Shown here piece by piece: positions 1-12,728 of a stretch of DNA of 64,000 nt (the stretch's first letter is position 1; every line of letters starts with the position of its first letter). The translations under genes and the position numbers were made by a program. Source of the DNA: Octopus sinensis (Eukaryota). Below the pieces are notes generated by a model. It did not search any database and was not told where the DNA came from. It saw nothing but the letters and a program-made list of their open reading frames with translations. The DNA is taken from the NCBI RefSeq assembly GCF_006345805.1, contig NC_043000.1, positions 29,140,001 through 29,204,000 of the forward strand, in the 5' to 3' direction.

Positions 1-734
1 ATCTTATTATTTGTTTTTAAATTTAATTTCTATCTTTATTCTACATATTGATTTAAATTTTTTCGATTTGATATTACAAATTTGCTAAGTTATAAATTAC
101 TCCCTCCCGTATCCTTCAATTCTAATTTCCATCCCTTAAGTCTATATTACTTATATCTTTTGGTTTTTCATTATATTCCCCTTTAATTTGATAATCTAAA
201 TAAGTATGGCCACCCCTATCCATCTTTCTTCCATTTATCACTCCTTTTCCATTAGACATTCCCTTACTACTAATCCTAAACCCTACCCTTTTGTGTAGAT
301 AAAACTAGAGATATGAGTCTAATAGATTGTCGACATTAATTGATTTATCACCATTAACTAGAAAACAGTTGACAACTCCCAATGGATCTAATTCTAAATG
401 GTTGAAGACTATATTCTACATAAAGTCTTCTAAATATAAGTAACTAGGTCACCGCTCTTTTTATCCTATTTCCTCTACTACTCTCAGCATCATACTGCCA
501 CAGATATGCCAAAAGAAACAATGTAAATATTTTGAGTTCCATTATTGATGTTACTATGTTAAAAGTCATTATATCCTTTACGTTTGAAGTCCATGCGGTC
601 ATCTGACGAGAACGGTTTCTTTCAAACAATATAATGTTTCCATCAATTAAAAGAGCCGCTTGAAATGGCCGTAATGAATTGTCACCTGTACATCTTTGTT
701 ACTTATTTATATCATATGTATATATATATATATG

Positions 735-824
735 TAGGTAGGTAGGTAGGTAGGTAGGTAGGTAGATAGGTAGGTAAGTAGGTAGGTAGGTAGGTAGGTA
801 GGTAGGTAGGTAGGTAGGTAGGTA
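735..824. repeat. (TAGG)n microsatellite
   Basis: Near-perfect TAGG tandem run. Confidence 0.95.
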
Positions 825-1354
825 GAGGGCTCAGAAAGGGATCTTAGGGAATAGCGTACATGCCTTCCTGAGCTAAGTTTTCCACCACATTTCTTAAAGA
901 TCGTGGCAGAGGCCTTGGTCTCGGGACTACTCATGTCTAGAAACTGAGGTTGGGGATAAGCGATACATAAAGCTTTTTAGGTGATTGATTCCATAGTAAC
1001 AATATCAGGTGCTGAATGGAATACTCTGGAAAAATCTTATGGATTCTACTCTCCTCGTTGAAATAGTTCTTAAAAATCTATGATTTGTGGAAGCAAATTA
1101 ACTCACTGTTAAATCCTCAATTCAGTTTTATCGTGAAAATTTAGAAGTAATGTAGTTTTGCCGTTTATTTATATGGCGTCTTTTTGGAAGAATATTCTTC
1201 ATAAAGACAAAATGAAACTGTTAGAGTAACATCTATATGGAGAGAAACGCTTGAAAGATTTTATAAAGATCTTCAGGTCTATCTGCAGAAACGGTTAACA
1301 AATGCAAGAAGCGCTGTGATGATCTTGAAGTACTGTCTAAAGAAGTAAAGCAAT

Positions 1355-1544
1355 CTTTTCTATTTAGGTACAAGGCCTGAAATTTTGGGGGGACGCGGCT
1401 AGTCGATTGCACCTATCCCAGTGTCCTATTAGTACTTATTTCATCGACCCCGAAAGGATAAAAGGCAAAGTCGACCTCGGTGGAATTTGAACTCAGAACT
1501 GCCGCTAAGCATTTTACCCGGCGTGCTAACGATTCTACCGCCTT
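1355..1544 (-). mobile_element. SINE family A copy (tRNA-derived head, GTCGACTTTGCCTTTCATCCTTTCGGGGTCGATAAA central module)
   Basis: Reverse complement matches the family A copies at 3118, 30361 and 53085. Confidence 0.85.
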
Positions 1545-1705
1545 GTGAACAATAAAAATAGTAAGATAGTGATGACAGAGAGCCTTTTACAATGCGGAAA
1601 AGGAAAAGCAAAAATTATTATCTTTTGTGGAGGAAGAATGGGTGACCGGAAGGGAGAGGTAAGAGCAATCTTTATTTGTGCCTTGCAACAACATCTTTAT
1701 ATATT

Positions 1706-1901
1706 TCAGGCGCAAATGCCCATGATCAAAAGTAAACAGTCAAGAAATATTAGTCTATACAATACTAGTCTCGGGGATCGTTGTGCAGACATCGATTCCA
1801 CGGCATTCATTCCCCAAACAGCGCCGGCAGAAGTTGCAGAGGTCATAGCAGGGATGGCGGCGCGTAGGTAGCCGTTGCTCGATAACGGTGAATATACTTC
1901 A
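1706..1901 (-). CDS. Candidate terminal coding exon, GPI-signal-like C-terminus
   Basis: tattttcag acceptor, then an open frame EVYSPLSSNGYLRAAIPAMTSATSAGAVWGMNAVESMSAQRSPRLVLYRLIFLDCLLLIMGICA* in a locally GC-richer stretch. The first ~15 nt and the acceptor lie inside the HHR repeat, so this may be chance. Confidence 0.35.
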
Positions 1902-2160
1902 CTGAAAATATATATATATGTTTACAAAGTCTAGACAGGTATCTTCAGCTGCAGGCCATGCTACTCCAGACTGATGACGAGCAAGACTCAGAAACATGTC
2001 TCTGGATGCAGGCCTAGCTGTTGGGGATGTTTGTCTCCCTTTTGTAAACATAAGGACACAGGAAATGTGTCAAGGCCGACAGGAAACGTTGATGCTTCTT
2101 AGGGCTAAATAGCGGTAGTGTGATTCCCTTTACGGGACTGTCACGTTAAGTTGACAGTAT
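1887..2160 (+). mobile_element. HHR-bearing small element (retrozyme/Penelope-derived), family R1
   Basis: Homologous along its length to 54900-55470 (minus strand) and contains an HHR. Confidence 0.75.
1965..2006 (+). ncRNA. Type I hammerhead ribozyme, canonical core
   Basis: TCCAGA-CTGATGA-cGAGcaagaCTCa-GAA-ACATGT-C/TCTGGA: 6-bp helix I, palindromic helix III, GUC site after 2000. Confidence 0.85.
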
Positions 2161-2162
2161 AC

Positions 2163-2252
2163 AACTGCTCAATCGATGGATTATCAAAGATATAAATGGT
2201 ACTAAAGAGACTAACATCTTTTGACATTACTTCTGATGCTGGACCTTTGTAC
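2163..2252 (-). CDS. Candidate 90-nt phase 2-2 exon
   Basis: ttatatttcag acceptor, open frame YKGPASEVMSKDVSLFSTIYIFDNPSIEQ, weak GTATAC donor. Would splice in frame to 1901. May overlap the diverged 3' part of the R1 element. Confidence 0.2.
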
Positions 2253-3117
2253 CTGAAATATAAACGTTATTCAACTTTTTCCGTCTTGCACTGTAAGAAA
2301 CTCCGTCTTCACTATTTTACAGTAAAAATATGATTTTTGAAAGATTATTTTTAAAATAAAGATTAAATTTTCTTTATGACTGAATTTAAAATTAAATACT
2401 GAAAATGTTAACCACATTTCTACAAGGCTTGCATATCAAATACAAAACAAATCATAAACCAGCTTTTTATTATTTATTTATCTATATATTTATTGTAATA
2501 GTCGTATGCTACAAAAAAATGGAGTAATTTTTCATAAAGAATAAATGTTGGGAAGTATTTTTTCCGTTGCCATATCGTGAAAAATCGATTAATCGGTTAA
2601 TAACCGGTTCTGAAAATTCTAGACTATTATTAACCGGTTAGATATTTTCCGATTAATTTTACGCCCTGGTATATATATTTATATGTGTTTCTATATTTCT
2701 GTGTATATATGCGTTTGTGTGCGTCCGTTAATGTGTAATTATGTCGGCTGGCTTTCATGTTTGTATAAAGGTAAAAGTCTGAAATCCTAGGAAATCGGAG
2801 AGATGTGTTGGTAACCATGGTAATAAAACCACGAAGAGAATTTTTAGGTGGAAATAGGTTTGAGTGCCGTGGAAACCGAAAAGTATAGCGTTTCGGATAA
2901 ACGTCCTACGACGGAGTAATGAGAGTGAAAAGGAAATGAATAGGTTAAAAAGAAGGGACAATAAATAAATAAGGAAGTGATCGCAGTAAATGGGATACAT
3001 AAGTGTAATGTAGATGTAATGATGATGAAGAGATCTGAAAGAGGTGTGGTTGTTGTTTGAGTTGTGAGAAACAGAGTATATTATGTGTTAGGGCTTGTGG
3101 TGTTTGGTGTGGTAAAT

Positions 3118-3726
3118 GAGAGCTAACAGAAACGTTAGCACGCCGGGAGAAATGCATACCCGTATTTCGTCTACTGTTACGTTCTGAGTTCGAATTCCGC
3201 CGAGGTCGACTTTGCCTTCCATCCTTTCGGGGTCGATAAATTAAGTACCAGTTACGCACTGGGGTTGATATAATCGACTTAATCCGTCTGTCTGTCCTTG
3301 TTTGTCTCCTCTGTGTTTAGCCCCTTGTGGGTGGTAAAGAAATAGGAATAGGTATTTCGTCTGTCGTTACGTTCTGATTTCAAATTCTGCCGAGGTCGAC
3401 TTTGCCTTTCATCCTTTCGGAGTCGATAAATTAAGTACCAGTTACGCACTGGGGTCGATATAATCGACTTAATCCGTCTGTCTGTCCTTGTTTGTCTCCT
3501 CTGTGTTTAGCCCCTTGTGAGTGGTAAAGAAATAGGAATAGGTATTTCGTCTGTCGTTACGTTCTGATTTCAAATTCTGCCGAGGTCGACTTTGCCTTTC
3601 ATCCTTTCGGAGTCGATAAATTAAGTACCAGTTACGCACTGGGATCGATATAATCGACTTAACCCGTCTATCTGTCCTTGTTTATTTCCTCTGTGTTTAG
3701 CCCCTTGTGGATAGTAAAGAAATAGA
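3118..3726 (+). mobile_element. SINE family A with its ~190-bp 3' module triplicated
   Basis: One head followed by units starting at 3161, 3352 and 3542. Confidence 0.9.
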
Positions 3727-4322
3727 TGAGAGAAAATGTGTGTTATCTAGTGATGGACTCACAATCACAGGAAAACGAAAAAGCAAACGAGTGATACAAA
3801 ACAAACCGCGGCTATTGAAAATATGAAAAGCTAACGTGGGAGTTATGTAGAGTTGTTATGTAGAGTTGTTATGTTAGACATGACAGCACAAGGGTAGCAT
3901 CGGGTGAGCGAAAAAAGGTTGATGTTCCAGGACTTTCGTCCATAGTCATTAATATACACGAAGGGATTCCACGCAGTTTCCTTCTAACATATTCACTATA
4001 ATAGATTACACTTACTCAATGTGCTGCGCAGTAGAACTGAACTCGAAGCCACGTGGTAACAGTACAAACTTCTTAATCATATGTCCATACGTCTGTGTGT
4101 ACGCAAATAGAGAAAGAGAAGGGGGGAAAGAGAGATTGCTGTAAAACTGATACTTTATGTATTTGACCCTTTTGCCGAGCTGCTAAGTTACAAATATGTT
4201 GTCAAGCCAACAACAGACATCAAGCACAAAAAAACAAAGAGGTGCCACGAAATGGGATTGAAAACAGGACCACATGGTGAGGAAACAAACTTCTTAGCCA
4301 TACAGCTACGCCTGCGCCTGCA

Positions 4323-4325
<3 letters not shown>

Positions 4326-4398
<73 letters not shown>

Positions 4399-4579
4399 GT
4401 GATGTGCACTATATGTATAAGATATATATATATAAGATAATTATATATATATATATACATATATATTTATAATGTATATATGTATACGTATATATATATT
4501 ATATATATAGTTGTATATGTATATGTATATGTATATATGTATGTATGCATGCATGCATGCATGTATGTATGTATGTATG

Positions 4580-4610
<31 letters not shown>

Positions 4611-4620
4611 GTATGTATGA
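4326..4620. repeat. (TA)n/(TATG)n compound microsatellite
   Basis: Direct reading. Confidence 0.95.
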
Positions 4621-4748
4621 ATACGTACGTACGTTCAGACAGACAGACAGACAAAGAAAGAAAGAAAGAAAGACAGAAACGAACAAAAGAAAAGGGAAGA
4701 GTGTTGGGGCGAGAGAAAGTGAGTGAAAGTGAACGAGAGACACAGAAA

Positions 4749-4784
<36 letters not shown>

Positions 4785-5301
4785 TAGAATCAAAGAGAGA
4801 GTGAGAGAGTGAGTGAGAGAGAGAGAGAGATCTCACTTTCATTCTTCGGTTCTTATTTACCAATTATTTTTAATCTTCCTTCTGGAGTTCTTTAGCGTTT
4901 TCCTTTTCTTCAGATAACACATCAGTGGTGATAGGGCTCCTTGTTTGGTTTTTGTGCTTTTATTGTTTCTTTGCTGTATGATGGTTTAGTTGGAGAGGAG
5001 GGGGGGGGAAATGGCGGGAACGTGTGCATGAATGTGCATGTGTGTGCATGTGTGTGCATTAGTATGTGCGACAATGTGTGTTTCGGTTCCTGCTGCATTT
5101 TCCTGTTTTACATGGATTGTTTTGTTTTTTTCTTTTTTTGATTTGCAAGTACGTTTGTATGTGCGAATTCGTGTCTACGTATGTGTGCGTTTACACACAC
5201 GTACACACACACACAGACACACCCGCACACGCATACATACATATATATGTATGTGTATGCATATGCATACATATATATATATATACATATATACATATAT
5301 A

Positions 5302-5333
<32 letters not shown>

Positions 5334-5559
5334 CATATATATGTATATATAAATGTAAATATATGTGTGTATATATATATATATATTTCTAATACATATA
5401 TGTATATATATATAATTATATATATATATATATTTATAATACATATATTTATGTATATATATAAATATATATATATATATGATAAATGCAGCTATTTCAT
5501 GACACAAATGTGTGTGTCTTTCTGTGTAGAACACACACACACATACATACATCCATACA

Positions 5560-5593
<34 letters not shown>

Positions 5594-5993
5594 CATACAT
5601 ACATACACATAAACATATATACATACATACACATAAGCATATATATATAATGCGTTGAAGTTTTGTATGTGTATATATACTTGTGTGTGCGATTGTGTAA
5701 ATACGTTGTTTGTTTAAGTTGGATTTTTTTATACAATTTTTTTCCTTGTTTTTCTTTCCGTGTTTTTTCAGGAAGTTTTTGTGTTTGTATTTTCATGTGT
5801 TTGATTGTGCGTCTTAATATATTCTATTGCTTTGCAATATATTGAGAACGTGTTTACAATATTCCTTCGAGGAATAAGTATTTTTTTTTCTTTCCTTTCA
5901 ATCAGAGATAATGTGTAATAAAGTTATATTTAATCGAAAAAAATAACCGATAATTTTATTTTTAAGGTTGCCATCCATATGTATATGTATACA

Positions 5994-6045
<52 letters not shown>

Positions 6046-6626
6046 TATGTATAAATAAATATATATAGACACACACTCTTATGTATGTTTGTATAGATAT
6101 GTGTGTTTATGTATATATATGTGCATGTATAGCATGTGTGTGTGAGAGAGAGAGTTGTGATTCTGTTTCATAATATAATCAATGTTACATCTAGTTAATG
6201 TATAAATGTTTCATAGAGAGTGCTCGATATTGTCGTAAACATCGTAGATATATCGTAGACAATAGAGCAATTGAAGTATGTGTACGGTTATACATGATAC
6301 ATTCAAGAATTCTGGAGAAACAACACAATTTTTACTGCTTGAAAATTTCTCATGATAAATATCATTTAAATCACTCGATATAAGGAGAAATGTTTCACTG
6401 AAGTTCAAGTTCGTCAGGAGAAAATAAAGGAGAAATTTAGAGCAAGTTGTTTCTTTATAGAGCAGCCGGTTCATGTAAAGCGCTTAGAGACGGATGAAGC
6501 GAGCAGCCATTTTGCTATAATCTGATAACAGAAGGAGTGATAATTATATTGATTAAAAATACGAAGAAAGAAGTATATAGGCAGCACCCCAGCATATCCG
6601 AGGTCTAATAACTAGCACAGGTAAAA

Positions 6627-6995
6627 GGTGGCTGTGTGGTAAGTAGCTTGCTTCCGTACCACATGGTTTCGGGTTCAGTCCCACTGCGTGGCACCTTGGG
6701 CAAGTGTCTTCTACTATAACCTCGGACCGACCAAAGCCTTGTGAGTGGATTTGGTAGGCAGAAACTGAAAGAAGCCTGTCCTATATATGTATGTATGTGT
6801 GTCTGTGTTTGTCCCCACCCCCAACATCGCTTGACAACCGATGCTGGTGTAACTTAGCGGTTCGGCAAAAGAGGCTGATAGAATAAGTACTAGACTTACA
6901 AAGAATAAGTCCTGGGATCGATTTGCTCGACTAAAGGCGGTGCTCCAGCATGGCCGCAGTCAAATGACTGAAACAAGTAAAAGAGTAAAAAAGTA
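6627..6995 (+). mobile_element. SINE family B (tRNA head + CORE-like GCACCTTGGGCAAGTGTCTT; likely one of the described octopus OR-type SINEs), full length
   Basis: A-box TGGCTGTGTGG, B-box GGTTCAGTCCC, CORE-like segment, internal TG microsatellite, AAACAAGTAAAAGAGTA tail; more than 10 copies in the window. Confidence 0.88.
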
Positions 6996-7011
6996 AGTAT
7001 GTATATATAAG

Positions 7012-7293
7012 AAAATTACTATTTTTAAATCTCACAACGTGAGATATTCAGCAACAGTATTTTGTAGTAAAGATTTTTTGCCAACATAACATGGCAGTCC
7101 TGATTTAGGAGGAATGTTGCTGTAATTTAGCTCAAGGAGACATCGTTTCCAGCTGGCTATACGACACGATCTGTGTCCTTACATTTTCGAACAAAGGAAT
7201 CTGAGTGAGGATGCTAGATGTCTTCTGGGGCTAAATTACAGAAACATTCGTCCTAAACCAGGACTGCCATGTTACGTTGGCAAACAATCTTTA
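7012..7293. mobile_element. Fold-back repeat of the 61611 family, no HHR retained
   Basis: Arms 7068-7144 and 7217-7293; left end nearly identical to 61611. Confidence 0.8.
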
Positions 7294-7311
7294 GTATATA
7301 TGTATATGGGG

Positions 7312-7680
7312 GGGGGGCGCAATAGCCCAGTGGTTACAGCAGTAGACTCGCGGTCGTAGGATCACGGTTTCGATTCCCAGACCGGGCGTTGTGAGTGTTT
7401 GTTGAGCAAAAACACCTAAAGCTCCACGATGCTCCTGTAGGTGTGGTGGTGGCGAACCCTGCTGTACTCTTTCACCACAACTTTCTCTCACTCTTTCTCC
7501 CTCTTTCTGCTGTACCTGTATTCCAAAGGGCCAGCTTTGTCACACTCTGTGTCACGCCGAACCTCCCCGAGAACTACGTCTGTGGAGTGCTCAGTCACCT
7601 GCACGTTAATTTCACTCTCGAGCAGGCTGCCATTGATCGGATCAACCGGAACCTTCGTTGTCATAACCGACGGAGTGCTA
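7312..7680 (+). mobile_element. SINE family C (tRNA-like head)
   Basis: A-box TAGCCCAGTGG, B-box GGTTTCGATTCC, then TTGAGCAAAAACAC core-like segment. Confidence 0.8.
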
Positions 7681-7690
7681 CGATATATAT

Positions 7691-7942
7691 ATATAAAATA
7701 GTGTACATTTAAACACAAGAGAAAACTACCTTTAACAGGTAATTTTTACACGCTAGAAGAAGCAGTCAAAGCGACCAAAGCTTCTTCTAGCATGTAAAAA
7801 TTACCTGTTAAAGGTAGTTTTCTCTTGTGTTTAATTGTACACTATTTTATATTAAGAATATGTTGTCTATTGACTTTTTATACATGCTAGGCCACTGGTG
7901 GTCAAATTTCTAGGAATATTCGCTACCCTATATATCTTACGT
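7691..7942. mobile_element. TA-flanked fold-back element with CTAGGCCACTGGT terminal motif
   Basis: 73-bp arms (7691-7763, 7780-7852) with a 16-nt loop; related single arms at ~17310 and ~62920. Confidence 0.8.
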
Positions 7943-7958
7943 ATATATATATATATAT

Positions 7959-8190
7959 ACTAGAAGACAAACCCGGCCTTGCTCGGGATTAAAATAGTTT
8001 ATTATTGTTTTACTTGTTTCGGTATTATAACCCAGTTTCATTCAGGTCCACGCTGGCCACATTTTAAAAAATGAAGAATGTTGCTCTATAGGCCACGCGT
8101 TTCAAATGAGCAAACTCAAAATTGCTATGCAAACTCGCCAGCACTTTTAACATAGGTGTGCAAATTTTCACCTCAATCCGACCACATATG
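7959..8190 (-). mobile_element. Helitron-like non-autonomous element, 3' end
   Basis: Minus strand ends in a CCCG-n8-CGGG hairpin then CTAG within TA; body contains a DINE-1-like AAATTTTCACCTCAATCCG motif. Confidence 0.6.
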
Positions 8191-8305
8191 CACACATTAT
8201 ATATATACATACGCATTAAATATATATGCACATATATACGCATTATATACATACACACACATATATATATACGCATTATGTATACATATGTATATAAATT
8301 ATAAT

Positions 8306-8351
<46 letters not shown>

Positions 8352-9036
8352 TATATCCAAATATCGATATATACACTTTATATAAACACACATTATATAT
8401 ATAAATTATAAATTAACATAATAAATATCTGATTAATAATATCTGTTGTCATTATTCTGCGGTGGTGGTGGGCGATAATAATTCACCGTGGTAAAAGCCC
8501 TGTAGTGGGAATATTTAAACTTCAAGAGAGTGAAATATATTTCCGACACAATAGAATTATTTACTATTTTATTCCTCTCCATTAATCACACTTTCGGCTT
8601 TCAACGCTTTCTCTCTATAGATACAGAAAGACGTACAGAGAGAGATAGGCTGGGGGAGAAAGAGCTACAGAGAGACAGCGAATACGGAGAGGGAAAGAGA
8701 GTGAGTAGAAGCTGTCAAAAGCCGTTATAGATATAAAGAGGAGGGAAGGGGGAAAGAGAGAGATAGAAGAAGAAAGGGTAATAACCGTAAGTGAGAAACA
8801 GCAAACACTTGTCAAAGTCCGTTTAAAAACGATGAATTTTCACTCTTTTGCCATAGCAACCACATCTTTATAGCTTGCGAATTTTAACCATCGCGGGTCT
8901 CATCCTCACCACGCATTTAGTATCCCTGCCAATTTTCAGCTCGATCCTAACATCGGTTTGGCCGCCATTAACCGTCAAAGCAAAATGTGCATACAATTTT
9001 TGTTCAAGGACTGTATATATATATAATATATATATA

Positions 9037-9300
9037 GCTTAGTGGTTAGGGTGTTGCACTCACGATCGCGAGATGGTGGTTTCAATTCCTAGACCGGGTG
9101 GTGCGTTATGTTCTTCAGCAAAACGCTTCCTCTTGATTTGCTCTGCGATCACTCCGACTCTTAGCGCATGACACACCATGTACCTGTTCAGGTAACGTCG
9201 ATTTGATGGATTGGGTGAGCTAATGTGCGGCACGAACATTTGGTCTCTATAAACAAATCGTATGTACAGGTCGTTCGGCAAAAGCTGAATGCTCATACGT
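9037..9300 (+). mobile_element. SINE family C copy
   Basis: GCTTAGTGGTTAGGG...GGTTTCAATTCC head. Confidence 0.75.
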
Positions 9301-9381
9301 CGTTTTCGATGAGAGATTTCATCATATAAGTGTGTGTGTGTGTATTCATTTATTCTTTTACATGTTCCAGCCCTAACATAT

Positions 9382-9412
<31 letters not shown>

Positions 9413-9539
9413 TGGGGGGGGAATAATTAAGATTCAGTTGAATTAGGTACTTAAGTTGGAGCATCAAGTCAGTCCGCTATTATCCGCACATCTAGAAGGT
9501 GAATAAAATCAAAATAAGTAACAGGATATCAAGTAGTAA

Positions 9540-9625
9540 TGCAGTACAACCGTTTCAAGCGGTTCCATTTAATTGAACAATGTAATTATTACATCAGTTT
9601 AACTGCAGTGCTATCTTCAGCTGCA
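9540..9625 (-). ncRNA. Type I hammerhead ribozyme with long helix II insert
   Basis: TGCAG-CTGAAGA-tAGC...GCTt-GAAAC-GGTT-GTA/CTGCA. Confidence 0.8.
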
Positions 9626-10177
9626 CAAAATATAGAATTTTTTAACAAGTAGGACACATTATTATAATTTTTCTTAAATAATTTAACAGAGTTAGAAGAT
9701 AGAAGATGTGTGTGTGTATTCTGTTATTCTTTTACATGTTCCAGCCCTATCATATATATGTGTGTGTGTATTCTTTTATTTTTTGCATACTCCAATCCTA
9801 ACATGTGTGTGTGTGTTAAAATAAGCACTTTAAATTACTACTTTCCTGTGTTGCTGAAGAATAAAATGTGCAGCTTTTCTAAATAGGAGACCATAATCTC
9901 TGAAACACATCGGTAAGAAAATTTCCGGTTGTTTTTCTATCTATGTAAGAGAATATTACGCTGTTTCGTCATCACCTGCAATCTTACAGATAAAAGCTTT
10001 CAAATAACTGCAGGTGTTTCTACATTATACTTGTTTCAGGTATCCTGGTTTGCACTGCCTTCCTTCTATAAATATAAGTGTGTACATGTGTATGTGTGTG
10101 TACGTGTGTATATGCGTGTGCGTGTGCAAGTGTAAAATACATGCATATACGTATATTTGTGTGGATGTGTATGTGTG

Positions 10178-10246
<69 letters not shown>

Positions 10247-10323
10247 ATATATATGCGTGTGTATATTTATCTGCATATATATATATGTGTGTATGTGTGT
10301 GTATGTATTTCAACTTACTCGCC

Positions 10324-10372
10324 GACATCAGATTGATGATGGTTAGTAAGCCGAAACTTCGAAGTCACTGTC
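10324..10372 (+). ncRNA. Degenerate hammerhead (C3U core), family R3
   Basis: TTGATGA-tGGTT...AAGCC-GAA-ACTTCGAAGT-C/ACTGTC; 10-nt palindromic helix III; helix I imperfect. Confidence 0.6.
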
Positions 10373-10599
10373 GATCTTTCCCTTGCTAGATTTTAAGAAT
10401 ATATCCTTTACTAAGAAGTATTGGGCGATCCATCAGTTTAGTGCTAAATTGTTATGTACGGCTTCACATAAAGAGAAAGCATATGCGAGCACACAGACAC
10501 ACACACAAACACACACACATATTTTGTACTCTATTATGAATGCGTCTGAGTATATTTGTAAGACATTGTGTAGATTTTTATCGTTTATATATATAATAT

Positions 10600-10633
<34 letters not shown>

Positions 10634-10643
10634 ATATATAAAA

Positions 10644-10686
<43 letters not shown>

Positions 10687-10742
10687 ATTATATATATAAT
10701 ATAATAAACATATATATATACATATAATATATATAATATACA

Positions 10743-10834
<92 letters not shown>

Positions 10835-11774
10835 GCATATATATATATATACCATATGTATATATATATATGTATGTATATGTAAAAGAATATGTGTGTA
10901 TATGCATATAGAGAGAGAAGTGAGAGAGAGGAAGTGAGAAAGGGAGAGTGTGAGAGACGAAAGACAGTAAAAGCTTTGTCTAAAGAATAAAAAGTTTAGA
11001 CTGTGTTGGATGACTTAAATTTATGAATTCTAACATTTGCTAAGTAAGTCTTACGCCCTCTCAATTCTATCTACAATACTATTGATGATGTTATAGTTGC
11101 TGCTGTTCTCGAAGCTGTTGTTGTTGTCATTATTGTTGTAGATATTGATGCGGCAGCTGCTGTAGATCTTCCTGTTGTTGTCGTCTTTTATTGTAGTTCG
11201 GGTGTTGATTGTTGTTGTTGTTTTTGTTGTCGATCTCCATATAAATAGACATTGAAGGAACTGTATATGTGTGTCACTGTGCATGTGTAAAGCTTCTTAA
11301 GATATTGTTTACTCGTTTTTGAAGGTAAACAAAAATGTATTTCAATGGCGGTTAATATCATCTGCTTGCGCGTGTGAGTATCTGAATAGCTCTATTTCTA
11401 CGTGTGTATGTGATTGAGTATGTATGTATTTGTGTTTGTCTGTGTTTTCTGTATGCTTATAGATATGCTTTGCGGTGCGTTTGTACGTGTGTATGCATAT
11501 GCATAAATGAATATATTATGGGTTTTTTTTTTGTGTACCAATTCTATATTTGTATTTAGCATTGTTTCAATATTTTATTTACTTTTAAGGGTGACGAAAT
11601 GGCAGAGACGATAGTATTCGGAATTAAGTAATGAATCTTATTGATCTAAGTTCAAATGTAGTTGGGACCAACATTGCCATTGGAATTCTCAAGATAAATT
11701 ATCAGTCCACATTACTCGGAGGGGAGCACAGAGCCGATTTCCTGGTTTCTCTGATGTATATATATATATATTAT

Positions 11775-12035
11775 ATGTAGAAAAATACAAACTGGGACAA
11801 GAACGTAAAACATTTAGAAGACGATACAAAAAATACGGACGGGACATTCGAAGCCTTCAATCTTCAGTCAAGAACCGGATCATCCTAGCAATTTCGGCTG
11901 ATTAATCTTGAGATCGCTCCGATCTGGCTAGCCCCAAGGAAAAACTAAGCTACGAGCATTAGATTTCTTGGAAGAAGGATCGAATGTATACGAAACAGGG
12001 ACAGAAAAACGGACGATGCCACACGAATATAAAAT
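11775..12035 (-). mobile_element. TA-flanked dispersed repeat, family Z
   Basis: Homologous to 15120-15420 (+) and 19270-19428 (-). Confidence 0.75.
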
Positions 12036-12041
12036 ATAAAA

Positions 12042-12087
<46 letters not shown>

Positions 12088-12093
12088 ATATAG

Positions 12094-12126
<33 letters not shown>

Positions 12127-12132
<6 letters not shown>

Positions 12133-12466
12133 TACTAGGTGGATATCCAATAGGCTAGAAAAAGATCATATACGATCTAACTACAAAGAAAAGAATGTTC
12201 TCTAGAGGAATTCAGCAAACACCAGAACACAAGCGGGCAAGACCAAAACATGGTTTGCTGAATTCCTCTAGAGAACATTATTTTCTTTGTAGTTAGATCG
12301 TATGGGATCTTCTTCTAGCATATTGGTTATCCACCTAGTGGTTATCCCTAAATATACACATGTATTGAAATTTTTTCAGATTTTTTCAGATTTTTTTATA
12401 TATGCTAGGCTACTGGTATTAAATTGATATTAATTAAATTAATATTCAATTTATCTCCCTCGTTAT

Positions 12467-12470
<4 letters not shown>
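12127..12470. mobile_element. Fold-back element (~94-bp arms), same family as 21340-21705
   Basis: Arms 12127-12220 and 12253-12346; tail matches 21590-21700. Confidence 0.8.
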
Positions 12471-12547
<77 letters not shown>

Positions 12548-12574
12548 CTGCTTGGACGGGACGCCGGTCCTTCA

Positions 12575-12728
12575 CCGGATCACTGGTTTTTACCATGTGA
12601 GTGAACTGAAGCAAAAATAAATGAAATGTTTTGCTCAATAACAGAATGCATCGCCCGGTCTAGGAGTCGAAACCATAATTTTACGATCATGAGTCCAACA
12701 CCGTAACCACTAAGCCATGCGCCTCCAC
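12575..12728 (-). mobile_element. SINE family C, 5' part
   Basis: Reverse complement GTGGAGGCGCATGGCTTAGTGGTT...GGTTTCGACTCC. Confidence 0.75.

Noticed and set aside
1-1340. Degraded coding-like sequence, possibly a transposon remnant
   Set aside because: No motif I can assign with confidence. It needs a Dfam/tblastx search.
7312-7390. tRNA gene
   Set aside because: A and B boxes are present, but there is no complete cloverleaf and the sequence continues into a SINE body. The same applies to the other SINE heads.
9872-9925. Further hammerhead (GGAGA/TCTCT-GAAAC...GTA)
   Set aside because: The core reads CTAAATA (two substitutions) and helix I is poor, so it is not counted.
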